A stretch of 64,000 nucleotides of DNA from a bacterium (GTDB taxonomy: Bacteria > Patescibacteriota > WWE3 > 2-01-FULL-39-13 > JAACPI01). Position 1 is the stretch's first letter. Every line of letters starts with the position of its first letter. Where the stretch lies: the NCBI GenBank assembly GCA_009995545.1, contig JAACPI010000001.1:2475-66474 (forward strand), written 5' to 3'. Below are positions 30,257 through 40,611 of this stretch, one piece after another. The notes below the pieces were generated by a model. The model was not told where the DNA came from, made no database searches, and saw nothing but the letters and a program-made list of their open reading frames with translations. A program made the translations under genes and the position numbers.

Positions 30257-31126
30257 TTAGTTCCAGAGACTCATTCCGGAGAGTCTTTGCAATTGTTTTT
30301 TATTTTCCAAAGATTTACCCACACTCCTATTTAGTCCAAGTAGATTCTTCATCCTATCTTCGGTGTTTTTAGAGGCCGTTTCCATAGCGTTAATTCTAGA
30401 TCCTAAACTAGCTAAGTTGGTTTCCGAAACAGTTTGTTTAAAAAGCGAAGCAAAAATTTGAACTTCAAAAAATCTAAGTACTTCTCTTAGTGAAGGCTCA
30501 AAAACATATTTGTTTCTTTTTTCTGTCTCTAAACTTTGCTGCAAAAGTTGTGCTGTTATATCAGACACCACTCCTTCTTGGTTAACCACGTTAAGAAGTT
30601 TTCCATGAAAAACATCGACATCTGCGTAGTTAACAATCTCTGAGATAATATCTTTTATGCTGCTCATGCCTTCACCCTTTTCCGGCAGGTCGTAGTAACT
30701 ATAACTTTTTTTAATGCCGTAGCTGTCATATAAAATCTTACCTCTTCTTCCTATAATTATGATATCCGAATTTCCATAATTAACTTTATCTATAAATTCT
30801 CTAAAAACTTTCTGCGAAATATCCCCACTTAGTCCAAAATTGGATGTCATTAAAACTGTGACTTTTTTTCCATTTTTATTTAAAGTAGAAAAAGTTATTT
30901 TTCCGGATCCCTTATTTTTTTCTATCAATTGGTCTATAACATCTTTATATGAGAATCTTACTTCTGCGTAAACTTCTAAAATTCTTTTTAGAAAGTCCCT
31001 TGTAGTTAAAACCCCGTCTCTTATCTTTTGCATTTCTAAAACGGCCAATTCTTCGTACGTTTGCACCACGGATTTCATAGTCTGAGTAAGGGCAATATCT
31101 TGGTGTATTTGTTTTAGTGAGTTCAT
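30257..31126 (-). CDS. atpG: F-type ATP synthase gamma subunit
   Basis: Position between atpA and atpD, length 289 aa and a conserved C-terminal helix. Confidence 0.8.
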   Translation of the reverse strand: MNSLKQIHQDIALTQTMKSVVQTYEELAVLEMQKIRDGVLTTRDFLKRILEVYAEVRFSYKDVIDQLIEKNKGSGKITFSTLNKNGKKVTVLMTSNFGLSGDISQKVFREFIDKVNYGNSDIIIIGRRGKILYDSYGIKKSYSYYDLPEKGEGMSSIKDIISEIVNYADVDVFHGKLLNVVNQEGVVSDITAQLLQQSLETEKRNKYVFEPSLREVLRFFEVQIFASLFKQTVSETNLASLGSRINAMETASKNTEDRMKNLLGLNRSVGKSLENKKQLQRLSGMSLWN

Positions 31127-31127
31127 T

Positions 31128-32672
31128 TTATGTTTTATCCAGCGATTCTACTTTATTACCAACAACTTCTTCAGTTACCTTAGGAATGCCCGCCCCTTTT
31201 AAACCCAGCATTTTAGTAAAGGTGTCTTTTTCCGCGAGTATGTTATTTGTTAGTTCCTTAAGCGTTTCTACCGTTAAAGCTTTTTGTACAAGGTTTTTAA
31301 ATTCTTTTTCTTCATATTTTGTAACTAACACTCTTCTTTTATCATCGACTTCACCGGTTGTTACTTCGTCGAACAAACCTGACCATACTAATCCAACTCC
31401 TATCTCTTGTATCTCTAAGGGAATAACTTCTTGATAACTTTGCTCAAATAAACTATATATTTTATTTCCTTTAGCTATTGTTTTTTTCACCTCTTCTGAG
31501 AGTTCAGCTCCAAAGTGTGAAAATTCTAAAGCTTTCTCGTACCTGATTAAAAAAGACATTATTTCCTGATTTATAGACCGGGAGAGCCTGCTTTGAGTTT
31601 GTTTTCCTACACGAGTGACTGATAAAAATATATTTACAGCAGGTCTTCTACCCTTGTTGAAAGTTTCACTATCAAACAATATGTGTCCATCAGTAATACT
31701 GATAAGGTTTGAAACTATAAAATCGGTTAAATTTCCTTGAATAGTTTCTGCAAGAGGTAGGCAGGTTATAGAGTTTTCTTTATCTCCCTTAGTTACAAAA
31801 TGCCCTCCCCGTTCTAAAAGCTTTGCATGTTTGTAAAAAATATCTCCTGGAAAGCTTTCCCTACCTGGAAACCTTTTTGCTATCAAGGAAATTTCTCGGT
31901 AGAATTTTGCATGTGTACTTAGATCATCAAAAATAACTACAACGTCATTTCCTTGTTCTCTAAAGTACTCTGCCAAAGACATTGCTGAATAGGGCGTTAA
32001 TTCAATTAGACTTGGGGAGTCCTGAGAACTTGATGCCACTACAACAGTGTTGTTGTCTAATTTATTAGTCTTCAAATAATTTACTACCCTTTTAATTTCC
32101 TCTTTTTTCTTACCTATTATTGCATATATAATGATATCCCCTAAGTTATGCTGTGACTTGAGTGTAGTTAAAACTGCGCTGGTCTTTCCTGTTTTTCTGT
32201 CCCCAACAATTAATTCTCTTTGGCCTTTACCCAGTGGTAATATTGTGTCTATTAAAGTTACACCAGTAATTAGTTGTCTAGTAATTCTACGACGCTGCAT
32301 TAATTTTAAAGGCTGCACTTCTATGCCTCTTTTTGTGGATGGGACTTTTGTACCTTTTGCAGTAAATAAATAATTTCCCAAAGGGTCAATGGTGTGGCCA
32401 AGGTACTCTTTGCCTACAGGAACTTGCAACTTTTCACCGGTTCTTGTTACCTGGATTCCAGGTTGTATGTCGTTTTGAGTGAAAATTATTATCTCAACTT
32501 TATCCCTAAGTAAAGACATTACTTGGCCAACTTCTTCATTTTCAAAGACTACTATTTCTCCGGTCATTGCTCCGGGAAGACCTGAACAAATGATAATAGG
32601 TGGGTTAACTTCTTCTACGACCCCGTACTCTTTTATTTTGTGGAGTGTTTGCTGGTAATTGTAGTCGGCCAT
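31128..32672 (-). CDS. atpA: F-type ATP synthase alpha subunit
   Basis: GDRKTGKT Walker A, 514 aa. Confidence 0.9.
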   Translation of the reverse strand: MADYNYQQTLHKIKEYGVVEEVNPPIIICSGLPGAMTGEIVVFENEEVGQVMSLLRDKVEIIIFTQNDIQPGIQVTRTGEKLQVPVGKEYLGHTIDPLGNYLFTAKGTKVPSTKRGIEVQPLKLMQRRRITRQLITGVTLIDTILPLGKGQRELIVGDRKTGKTSAVLTTLKSQHNLGDIIIYAIIGKKKEEIKRVVNYLKTNKLDNNTVVVASSSQDSPSLIELTPYSAMSLAEYFREQGNDVVVIFDDLSTHAKFYREISLIAKRFPGRESFPGDIFYKHAKLLERGGHFVTKGDKENSITCLPLAETIQGNLTDFIVSNLISITDGHILFDSETFNKGRRPAVNIFLSVTRVGKQTQSRLSRSINQEIMSFLIRYEKALEFSHFGAELSEEVKKTIAKGNKIYSLFEQSYQEVIPLEIQEIGVGLVWSGLFDEVTTGEVDDKRRVLVTKYEEKEFKNLVQKALTVETLKELTNNILAEKDTFTKMLGLKGAGIPKVTEEVVGNKVESLDKT

Positions 32673-32675
32673 AGG

Positions 32676-33104
32676 TTATTTTTTAGCTGCGCTAAGAGAG
32701 TAGTCCGCAAATTTGCCTTGATATTCTATGAGAGCCCCACCTAATATTTTTGGATTTGTATTTATTTCTAAAATTGTGGGTTGGTTAGTTCTTTCCGCAA
32801 TGAAACTGCTTATTCTTCTAACCGAGTGTGTTGAAGGGACATAGGCTAATGTTAATACAGCTGTGGGGGTGTTTTCGATTTCTTCTAATAATTTCGCTAT
32901 TCCCAATTTAATATTTTCTGTGCTTGTAATTTTTAAATTTTGCTCAGAAAAAAAATCTTTAAACCCCGCTTTCTCCTCGTGAGAAAAAATACTATCCAGT
33001 GTTTTATCTACATCATTTCCAATGTCAAAGATAGATCTATTCAAGGCAGATAATTTATTTTTAATCCTTACAGTGTCTTCTGTAGTTAGAATGTTGGGTA
33101 ACAT
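32676..33104 (-). CDS. atpH: F-type ATP synthase delta (OSCP) subunit, short form
   Basis: Operon position. The C-terminus (ILGGALIEYQGKFADYSLSAAKK) is OSCP-like. Confidence 0.6.
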   Translation of the reverse strand: MLPNILTTEDTVRIKNKLSALNRSIFDIGNDVDKTLDSIFSHEEKAGFKDFFSEQNLKITSTENIKLGIAKLLEEIENTPTAVLTLAYVPSTHSVRRISSFIAERTNQPTILEINTNPKILGGALIEYQGKFADYSLSAAKK

Positions 33105-33107
33105 AAT

Positions 33108-33725
33108 CTATTTAAATAGCCCTTCTTTTTCAGCTTTGATAATGGCCTGTTCTACTAGTGTTTCGTGATCTTCTACTGTTATATTAGCTGGCAGCAGTTC
33201 CCTTATTATATTTTCAATTCTCTCTGAAATATTACCCTTGACTCTTTCTTTTTCGCTTAATTTAAAATCCTCTAGCTCACTAGTAAAGGATTTTATAATA
33301 TTGTTGATCTGCTCTTGAACTGTACTTACGTTTTTTGCCATTTGGGTATTAATTTTTTCGCCGTATTCCTCTAACTTAAGATCCCCATTCTGCTCTAGTT
33401 TTTGAGTGAATTTTTTTACAGAGTCGCTTAATTCTTGTGTGGCTTTTTTGTAGTACTTCTCATTTTCAACACTTATTTGGGTAACTGTTTTTTTAAAGTT
33501 GGCATCGGTTTGTTCTTGTAATTTTTTAGAAACTTTTTTTGCATTAGCTATTATTTCGTCGTGTTTTTCGTAAGCTTTTTCTAATATTTTATCTACCTTA
33601 TTTCTAACTTTTTTTATGTCTTTATCTTTATTAAAAACCTTATTTTGAACAACTAACCAGTAGATTAAAAAAAGTATTAGCAGCGCAAAGTTAAATAGGC
33701 TAAGAATTATGTTTAGTGTATCCAT
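33108..33725 (-). CDS. atpF: F-type ATP synthase b subunit
   Basis: N-terminal TM helix followed by a long charged helix. First gene of the cluster. Confidence 0.6.
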   Translation of the reverse strand: MDTLNIILSLFNFALLILFLIYWLVVQNKVFNKDKDIKKVRNKVDKILEKAYEKHDEIIANAKKVSKKLQEQTDANFKKTVTQISVENEKYYKKATQELSDSVKKFTQKLEQNGDLKLEEYGEKINTQMAKNVSTVQEQINNIIKSFTSELEDFKLSEKERVKGNISERIENIIRELLPANITVEDHETLVEQAIIKAEKEGLFK

Positions 33726-33869
33726 ACAGGCAAGAAATTTATAAAATCATTTTCTCATGAATCCTATTTTTTATACATAGTTATAAAGATTTTATAAAAC
33801 CTTTTATCCTGGTTCTGGTTTAATGTTAATTCAAAAGACAATTGTTATTGATATTGCTATACTTAAAGT

Positions 33870-34091
33870 ATGAATTCTGCCGATATAAAAATATATGCAA
33901 TCGCTACAGGAGCAACCTTGGTTTTTTTACTGGGTGGGCTGTTCTTTTTTAAATGGTATACAAAACCAATGTTAAAAGATTACTGTGGTCAATTTAATAA
34001 CTATAGCTGTTCCATAGGAAAGTGTGATTACATTGTAAAATATGATACTGGACCTGTTGGTTATTGTAGAAAAACATTTTTAGGTTTTTAA
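33870..34091 (+). CDS. Small membrane-anchored Cys-rich protein (73 aa)
   Basis: One TM helix and 6 Cys in the C-terminal 40 aa. Confidence 0.3.
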   Translation: MNSADIKIYAIATGATLVFLLGGLFFFKWYTKPMLKDYCGQFNNYSCSIGKCDYIVKYDTGPVGYCRKTFLGF

Positions 34092-34095
34092 TAAA

Positions 34096-34893
34096 ATGAA
34101 TTCATCAAAAACAGTTTTCTTTATATCTTTTCTAGTTTTTGTACTCACTTCTATTACTACTCTTTTTATTCCTAAAGTACTCGCCCAAGAACAAGGTCTA
34201 GGTGTTGCCAGGTATATAGGTATTTCAGATGTTGAGCCTGGAGATATTATTTCGCTTTATGAAAATAAGTATGATAAAAGTAGGATATTCTACGATCCCG
34301 GTGTAATTGGTGTAGTTGTAAATAAACCTGCCTTAGCAATAAGTTCAAACGACACTGAAGGGAAGGTAGCTATTTTAGGTATTGGTCAGGCCCAGGTTAA
34401 GGTTAGTACCGTAAATGGAAAAATAAATGCTGGAGACGTTATAACTACTTCTGAAACTCCCGGAATTGGTGCAAAGTTGGTCAGGTCTGGCTTTGCAATA
34501 GGTATTGCAAACGAAAGTTATTCTGAGGAGGGTAGCGGTAAAGTAGGTATTATTAGTGTTGATTTGAATAGACAGTATGCCTATTCTTCAAATGATTCTG
34601 TAACTCAAAAGCTGCAAAGAAGTGTTACCGACGTTTTGGTTTTAAGTGAGATTGCTAGTTACGACTCTCCCACCCAAGTTCTGAGGTATTTAATGGCCGG
34701 AATTGTTTTATTAGGCAGTGTTATTTTGGGCATAAGCACCTTTGGTAAAATTGCTAGAACTGGTGTAGAGGCCATAGGTAGAAATCCTTTAGCCGGTAAA
34801 TCTATTAGTTTAGGTATAGCTTTTAATGTTTTAATAACATTGGCAATTATTGGGGCTGGGGTAGGCTTGGGGTACCTGATAATGATTTTCTAA
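34096..34893 (+). CDS. Secreted protein with a C-terminal two-helix membrane hairpin
   Basis: Signal peptide (…KVLAQEQ). The C-terminus is ...GIVLLGSVILGISTFGKIARTGVEAIGRNPLAGKSISLGIAFNVLITLAIIGAGVGLGYLIMIF. Confidence 0.4.
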   Translation: MNSSKTVFFISFLVFVLTSITTLFIPKVLAQEQGLGVARYIGISDVEPGDIISLYENKYDKSRIFYDPGVIGVVVNKPALAISSNDTEGKVAILGIGQAQVKVSTVNGKINAGDVITTSETPGIGAKLVRSGFAIGIANESYSEEGSGKVGIISVDLNRQYAYSSNDSVTQKLQRSVTDVLVLSEIASYDSPTQVLRYLMAGIVLLGSVILGISTFGKIARTGVEAIGRNPLAGKSISLGIAFNVLITLAIIGAGVGLGYLIMIF

Positions 34894-34912
34894 TTTGCCT
34901 TTAATTTAGTTA

Positions 34913-35599
34913 ATGGGGACAATAATAAAAAATAAACTTTTCCATCAGTTTTTTCTGTCCTACCTGCTTATAATTGGCGGTATTACAATGATAGTACTGG
35001 GGTTTGGCAGTACAATAATTAGTGAAGTAAATTTTTATAAAGACAAGGTTAGTGGGGTAAAGTACTACTTTAAAGATAAGCAGGAAGTCGCGTCCTCAAC
35101 CCCCGTGTCTTCTTTTGGAGGTTTAATAAAAAGGCAATTAGTCCCTTTAGTTCCAGTCAACAATGACTTTTCAATTATTATAGAAAAAATTGGAGTCAAT
35201 TCCCCTGTGATTAAAAATGTAAGCGTGACTGAGGAAAGCGAGTATTTTGAGGCTTTAAAAAAGGGTGTGGCCCACGCTAAAGGTAAAAGCCTGCCAGGAG
35301 AAACTGGAAACGTTTATTTGTTTGCTCATTCAAGTATTGAGTTTTGGAAAATGGGTCCCTATGCCACTGTATTTAATCAGCTACGGAGACTGGAAAACGG
35401 AGATAAAATCAACTTAATTTATAATAATTCTGTTTATAACTACGAGGTTTTGGATAAAAATATTGTTAGTGGTTTTGATACATCACCCTACGAAACCCTA
35501 TATAATTCTAAATCAGTTTTAACGCTACAAACCTGTGATCCACCGGGTACTACGCTAAACCGACTAATAGTTCGAGCTGTTCTAGTAACTAGCAAGTAA
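34913..35599 (+). CDS. Sortase (transpeptidase)
   Basis: N-terminal TM anchor, His motif YLFAHSS, catalytic-Cys motif LTLQTC and a downstream Arg (NRLIVRAVLV). Confidence 0.65.
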   Translation: MGTIIKNKLFHQFFLSYLLIIGGITMIVLGFGSTIISEVNFYKDKVSGVKYYFKDKQEVASSTPVSSFGGLIKRQLVPLVPVNNDFSIIIEKIGVNSPVIKNVSVTEESEYFEALKKGVAHAKGKSLPGETGNVYLFAHSSIEFWKMGPYATVFNQLRRLENGDKINLIYNNSVYNYEVLDKNIVSGFDTSPYETLYNSKSVLTLQTCDPPGTTLNRLIVRAVLVTSK

Positions 35600-35668
35600 A
35601 TTAAACACCTTTTCAAATTGTTTAATATCGACCATTTGGCTTAATTGGGGTAAAATAAGCAGGTTTAT

Positions 35669-35744
35669 GCCCGCGTAGCTCAGGGGATAGAGCACAGGTT
35701 TCCTAAACCTGGTGTCGCAGGTTCAAGTCCTGCCGTGGGCGCCA
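35669..35744 (+). tRNA. tRNA-Arg (anticodon CCT)
   Basis: Full cloverleaf with anticodon loop TTCCTAA, T-loop TTCAAGT, 7-bp acceptor stem and encoded CCA. Confidence 0.85.
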
Positions 35745-35820
35745 CACTGATAACAATTTAAATAAAGAAGATTTTATTTACAACTAGTCACTGATTATTA
35801 GCTAATATATACTTAAAGAT

Positions 35821-36981
35821 ATGAAAGGTTTTCAACGCAAGGTCCTTCCTATAATACTTACTTTAACTACAGTCAGTTTGCTTACTACCCTGAGTATGTT
35901 TTATGCTAAGGGGTACCGTTTTATTGTAAATCCTGAGTCCGAAGAAACTATTTCTATAGAGGTAAAGAAAACAGGAATATTGGCTGTACGCTCTATTCCT
36001 GATACCGCAAAAATATTGCTGAATGGTGAGTTAAAGGATGTAACAAATACAACTTTAAGTTCCCTTACCCCGGGAAAATACTTGTTGCAGGTAGAAAAAG
36101 CTGGATACGAGCCTTGGAAGAAGGATATTGAGGTATTCGAAGACTTAGTAACAGACATTACTGCTACCCTAGTGCTAAAAGGCGGGGGATTAAACCCGTT
36201 AACAAATGGGGGGGTGTTAAAATTCCAGCTTTCAAATAACGGTGAACACATAGCGTATACTTCTAAAGGAGAGGAAAAATCAGGACTCTGGGTTTTACAG
36301 CTTTCTAACCGTCCAGTTAATATATTTCAAACCAACAAAAAGTTAGTGGCTGTAGATCAGCCAAATTACAGTTTTTCCGATGCTACGGACATAGTCTGGT
36401 CTCCTGATGACCAAAAAATTATGCTTAAATTTACCGATAATTTTTACATGTTAGTAGATTTATCTAAGCCTGCCTTACAAGCTCCTGTAACTTACACTAA
36501 CCCACAAGATGTTTTTACAGCCTGGAAAGAGACAGAACTTAAAAACAAAAGATCCAGAATAATATCCTTAGAAGTACCTGCTGAACTTACGGATATTGCC
36601 ATCACGGGAAACTCCACTTGGTCCCCGGATGGTGAAAAATTTTACTATCTTCAAAATACTGATGACAACAAAACTGTTGTAAAAGTCTATGATTTTAAAA
36701 CTCCCTTGCCCATAGGTGAAAGTAGATATAACGAGCCTTTAATTGTAAATTCAGTAGATCTTCCAAAGATATTCTGGTTTAGCGATAGTGAACACTTGCT
36801 CCTAGTCAAAGGTGACAGCGTGAGTTTTGTAAGAATTGATGGATCTAATTTTGTAGAGGTATTTAATGGTTCTATTATAGGGGATAAGGCTTATCCAACT
36901 CCTGGTGGAGATAGGATTGTTATATTATCAAAATTTAAGTCAGATACTCCTGAAAACCTATATACTATTAGCATAAGGTAG
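35821..36981 (+). CDS. Membrane-anchored PEGA-domain protein with a TolB-like beta-propeller region
   Basis: TM helix, a PEGA-like segment (ILAVRSIPDTAKILLNGE...LTPGKYLLQVEKAGYEPWKKDIEV) and WSPDG propeller-like repeats. Confidence 0.5.
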   Translation: MKGFQRKVLPIILTLTTVSLLTTLSMFYAKGYRFIVNPESEETISIEVKKTGILAVRSIPDTAKILLNGELKDVTNTTLSSLTPGKYLLQVEKAGYEPWKKDIEVFEDLVTDITATLVLKGGGLNPLTNGGVLKFQLSNNGEHIAYTSKGEEKSGLWVLQLSNRPVNIFQTNKKLVAVDQPNYSFSDATDIVWSPDDQKIMLKFTDNFYMLVDLSKPALQAPVTYTNPQDVFTAWKETELKNKRSRIISLEVPAELTDIAITGNSTWSPDGEKFYYLQNTDDNKTVVKVYDFKTPLPIGESRYNEPLIVNSVDLPKIFWFSDSEHLLLVKGDSVSFVRIDGSNFVEVFNGSIIGDKAYPTPGGDRIVILSKFKSDTPENLYTISIR

Positions 36982-37067
36982 TTGAAATCGAGTGGTCATT
37001 ATTTAGTGTCTATTAAGAAAGAATAGGGAAATCAATACCAAGTTAGGTGGGAGAAATTTAACTCTCT

Positions 37068-38123
37068 TCACTTTATCAAACTTCTTTCAAAGTACCCTAC
37101 ATTATTCATAACACTGGACAGGCCCCTAATTACGCAATACAAAGGGTCCTCTGCTCTTACTGCAGGTATATTAGTTTGTTCTGTAATGTAGTCATCTAAA
37201 CCGCTTAAAAGAGCTGTACCACCACTTAGTACCATACCTTTATCTAAAATATCGCTGCTTAACTCCGGAGAAGTGTTTTCCAAGACTGCCTGAATTCCCT
37301 TTATTATTTCTTTTAGGGGTGCTTGAATAGCTTCTACCACCTCATTAGTGGTTAAAATAATATTTTTTGGCATTCCGGAAGCGCTGTTTCTCCCTCTAAT
37401 TTCAACTTTCTGCTGCACATTTTCTAATACTTTTACAGCAGAACCAATCTTTATTTTTATACGTTCCGCTGTTTGCTCTCCAATTACTAAACCATGTTTT
37501 TTTCTTACGTAATTAATTATCGCTAGATCTATTTTGTTTCCTGCAGTCCTTACACTTTTATAACTTACCATACCTCCCAAAGACACCACTGCAACTTCTG
37601 TTGTACCACCCCCACTATTTACAATCATGTTTCCGGTTGGGTTAAAAATGGGAAGTTCTGCACCAATTGCTGCGGCCAGAGGTTCTGGTATTAAGTAAGA
37701 ATTTTTCACACCAGCACTTTCGAGCGCGTCCACAACTGCACGGTACTCTACAGAACTAGAACCAGCCGGGACAGCAATAGTAATATCGGGTTTAATTAAC
37801 CTGACGCGTCCTAGTGATTTATTTATAAAATAATGAAGCATTTGTTCAGTAAGCGTAAAATTTGCAATTGAACCGTCCATCAAAGGGCGTACTGCAATTA
37901 GATTTTGAGGTGTTTTGCCTATCATATTGTAGGCCTCTTTGCCTATCGCTAAAACCTCTTCAGTGTCTTCTACTACAGCTAAAACGGTAGGTTCGTTTAA
38001 TAAAATTTCTCCTTTTTTATCACAAATAACGCTGTTTGCTGTGCCTAGGTCTATGGCAATGCTAGGATTTAGCAGATTTGCTAGGTTAATTTTACTAAAA
38101 TCAAATACTTGAGTTTTAATCAT
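37068..38123 (-). CDS. mreB: Rod-shape-determining actin homologue MreB
   Basis: IAIDLGTANSVI phosphate-1 motif and actin-fold length of 351 aa. Confidence 0.85.
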   Translation of the reverse strand: MIKTQVFDFSKINLANLLNPSIAIDLGTANSVICDKKGEILLNEPTVLAVVEDTEEVLAIGKEAYNMIGKTPQNLIAVRPLMDGSIANFTLTEQMLHYFINKSLGRVRLIKPDITIAVPAGSSSVEYRAVVDALESAGVKNSYLIPEPLAAAIGAELPIFNPTGNMIVNSGGGTTEVAVVSLGGMVSYKSVRTAGNKIDLAIINYVRKKHGLVIGEQTAERIKIKIGSAVKVLENVQQKVEIRGRNSASGMPKNIILTTNEVVEAIQAPLKEIIKGIQAVLENTSPELSSDILDKGMVLSGGTALLSGLDDYITEQTNIPAVRAEDPLYCVIRGLSSVMNNVGYFERSLIK

Positions 38124-38231
38124 GGTTTTTATCTAATTAGGTAATTGTTATTGTAAGTGCGTTTAAATTATGGTTATGTCTACTGCTATAGATACATTAT
38201 AATGTAATTAATATTAGTCTATGGTAATAAA

Positions 38232-39047
38232 ATGAAATTTTACGATAATTTAAATATTCTAAATATCCCTACTTCTACTATACCAAAAAAAGACGTTTTA
38301 GATTTAGTAAAAAAAGAATTACTTAAGAGTAGTAGTCCCTTATTTATAGCAACTATAAATCCTTCTTTTTTAGTTAAAGCTCAAAAAAATGCAGAATTTC
38401 TAGAAATACTAAGTCATAAGACTAGCCTGAATGTACCAGATGGCATAGGTATACAATTGGCAGGGGAGTATCTTAGCAAAATAAAAAATAAGAATATTTT
38501 TGGAAGACTTGGCACAGGTTTAAACTTAGGAATAAAGCATACATTTTTAAAAGCACCTTTTACTGTTCTTACAAATAAAATTACAGGGGTAGATCTTACC
38601 CAAAATGCTTTGCAAATATGCGAGCGGAGTAATAAAAAAGTATTGTTAGTTTTAAGAAAGGGCGGTTTAACCTCTGCAAAAACAGTACACAGTTATTTAA
38701 AAAATAATTACCCAAAACTTAAATTTATAATTCTAGAATTTACTTTAGATCAAAAAATTTCACTTAATAAAGTAGGTCACTTTGCTTTACTACTGTGTGG
38801 CTTGGGTGAATTTACTCAAGAAAAAGTTATTTTAAATAGTTTAAATTTAGTTAAACCCAACGTCGCTATAGGTATAGGCGGTACATTTGATGTTCTAACC
38901 TCCAATAAGAGCAACAGTGAATCTTTAAGCCAGTATGGTTTAAGCTGGTTGTCTAGATTAATTCAAAATCCTAAACGCATTAAAAAAATTTTAACGTCGG
39001 TTTTTGTATTTCCTTTTTTAGTTTTTGTAAATTATTCCCGCAATTAA
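38232..39047 (+). CDS. Possible WecB/TagA/CpsF-family (GT26) glycosyltransferase
   Basis: VPDGIGIQLAGEYL motif and a length of about 270 aa. The call is moderate to weak. Confidence 0.45.
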   Translation: MKFYDNLNILNIPTSTIPKKDVLDLVKKELLKSSSPLFIATINPSFLVKAQKNAEFLEILSHKTSLNVPDGIGIQLAGEYLSKIKNKNIFGRLGTGLNLGIKHTFLKAPFTVLTNKITGVDLTQNALQICERSNKKVLLVLRKGGLTSAKTVHSYLKNNYPKLKFIILEFTLDQKISLNKVGHFALLLCGLGEFTQEKVILNSLNLVKPNVAIGIGGTFDVLTSNKSNSESLSQYGLSWLSRLIQNPKRIKKILTSVFVFPFLVFVNYSRN

Positions 39048-39364
39048 AGCTTTTACGACGTTGTGTCGTTTTTTACCCTACTTTGTAATTGACATATAAA
39101 CTCACTGTATTATTCTTTAAGTAGTCCTGTTTAGGTTAAAAAAACTTCTTAACAAACGGCATTATTTGTTAGCTAATTGGGGTAAAGAATGACCCTAATT
39201 AGGTAATAATTAATAATTTTATTGGCTAATCTTCATCCAATTAGCAAAGCAATTTTTAGAGTCTGCCTTCTTGCCCGAGAGACTCTGTCACATTAGTGAA
39301 ATTTAAGTCATAAGACTTTTAAAAAAGCTTTTATGGGTGATAATACTGCCTAGGAAAGGGTCAC

Positions 39365-40489
39365 ATGGAACTAAATGACCGTTTTTATAAGTCAACTGAG
39401 GTCTCAGAGATTCTTGGAGTGTCTTTAAGAACACTCTATCGTTACATGGATTCGGGTAAAATCCAATCAGTACAGCTTCCAAGTGGAAGACATCGGTTTA
39501 CTAAACAGCAAGTGGAGTCTTTTTTGTACTCTAATGGCTCAGGTGGTTTAGGGCAAAATGTTCCTATTCAGTCTTATCAAAATAATGCTGACAGAGTTTA
39601 TGTAGATACTGGTTATTCACAAAACCAGAACCAGAACCAATACCAGAACCAGAATCAAAACTCAGGTCAGGGTCAAAACAATGCTTCTGGGATGCCAAAT
39701 AATCAATATAACGGACAGCAGACACCTTTTAACGAATCACAAGGACAACAGCCTGTAGCCCAGGTTAACCCTTATAGCGCACCGGTGCAAAACCAGAACG
39801 CTAGTCCCTTTGCATCTTCACCTTCTGTAAGCCCCCAAATGGATAACAATGTCGCTAATACTCCTGCAGCTCCTGTTGAGGAAGAAGCAGACGATTTAGA
39901 CGCTGAGTTAGAAGAGCTGTTGGCCTCTCTGGAGAGTGACTCCGAGGATGATACAGCTGTAGTAGAAAACTCATCACCTAATAGCGCCCCCCAAAATAAT
40001 GCAGACACTTCTAGTGCTGACCAAACCAAATCTTATACAGGTGGTTTAGGTGGTTTTGCGGATGAAGAAGAGGTTGAAGAAAAAATTACTATACCTAGCG
40101 TAGATGAGAATAATGTTGTTTATTTCTACTGTCCTTATAATCAGTTAAGGGCTATCGCTAGAATGGTAAAAACAACTTCTGAAGATAATGGCAAAAACTA
40201 TGCTTTTACAATGAACGCTGGTTTGTCGCTATACTTTCCTTTAGATCCTTTTTCTGTCATTCACTTCTATATAGAAGAATCTGATTTGGATTTTTGGAAA
40301 GATAACTTACAGCTTAAAGAAAGTAGTAAAAGTGACGCTAACATAGGTTTATTACTTACAAAAGGTGGGGCTTTAAACAATACTAAAGAAGTTAGTGGGT
40401 TAAAAGTTGTATCTAAAGAAGTAATGATAAACAACCTAAAAGCAAATGGCCTTGAAAATTTAATTTCTCAGGTCGAAAGTAAGCTTTAA
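39365..40489 (+). CDS. DNA-binding protein: N-terminal excisionase/MerR-type HTH, a Q/N-rich low-complexity region, an acidic tract and an uncharacterised C-terminal domain
   Basis: YKSTEVSEILGVSLRTLYRYMDSGKIQSVQLPSGRHRFTKQQVESFL (HTH_17-like), followed by NQNQNQYQNQNQN. Confidence 0.5.
   Translation: MELNDRFYKSTEVSEILGVSLRTLYRYMDSGKIQSVQLPSGRHRFTKQQVESFLYSNGSGGLGQNVPIQSYQNNADRVYVDTGYSQNQNQNQYQNQNQNSGQGQNNASGMPNNQYNGQQTPFNESQGQQPVAQVNPYSAPVQNQNASPFASSPSVSPQMDNNVANTPAAPVEEEADDLDAELEELLASLESDSEDDTAVVENSSPNSAPQNNADTSSADQTKSYTGGLGGFADEEEVEEKITIPSVDENNVVYFYCPYNQLRAIARMVKTTSEDNGKNYAFTMNAGLSLYFPLDPFSVIHFYIEESDLDFWKDNLQLKESSKSDANIGLLLTKGGALNNTKEVSGLKVVSKEVMINNLKANGLENLISQVESKL
39620..39662 (+). repeat. 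Simple CAGAAC-type microsatellite encoding the Q/N tract
   Basis: aaccagaaccagaaccaataccagaaccagaatcaaaa. Confidence 0.7.
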
Positions 40490-40611
40490 GTAGGTTACTT
40501 GAATGAATCAATCCTTAACCTGGTCAAATTCTTTGGCTAGGTTTAAGGGTTAGTTTTAAATAACTACTAGAGAATTCTAAAACTCCCTTTTAATTTCGTT
40601 CTGTTTATATT

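Noticed and set aside
34700-34893. C-terminal hairpin of the 34096-34893 protein resembling an ATP synthase c-subunit (GxGxG helix – RNP loop – helix)
   Set aside because: No conserved carboxylate (E/D) in the second helix, and it is fused to a 200-aa secreted domain. Likely just a membrane anchor.
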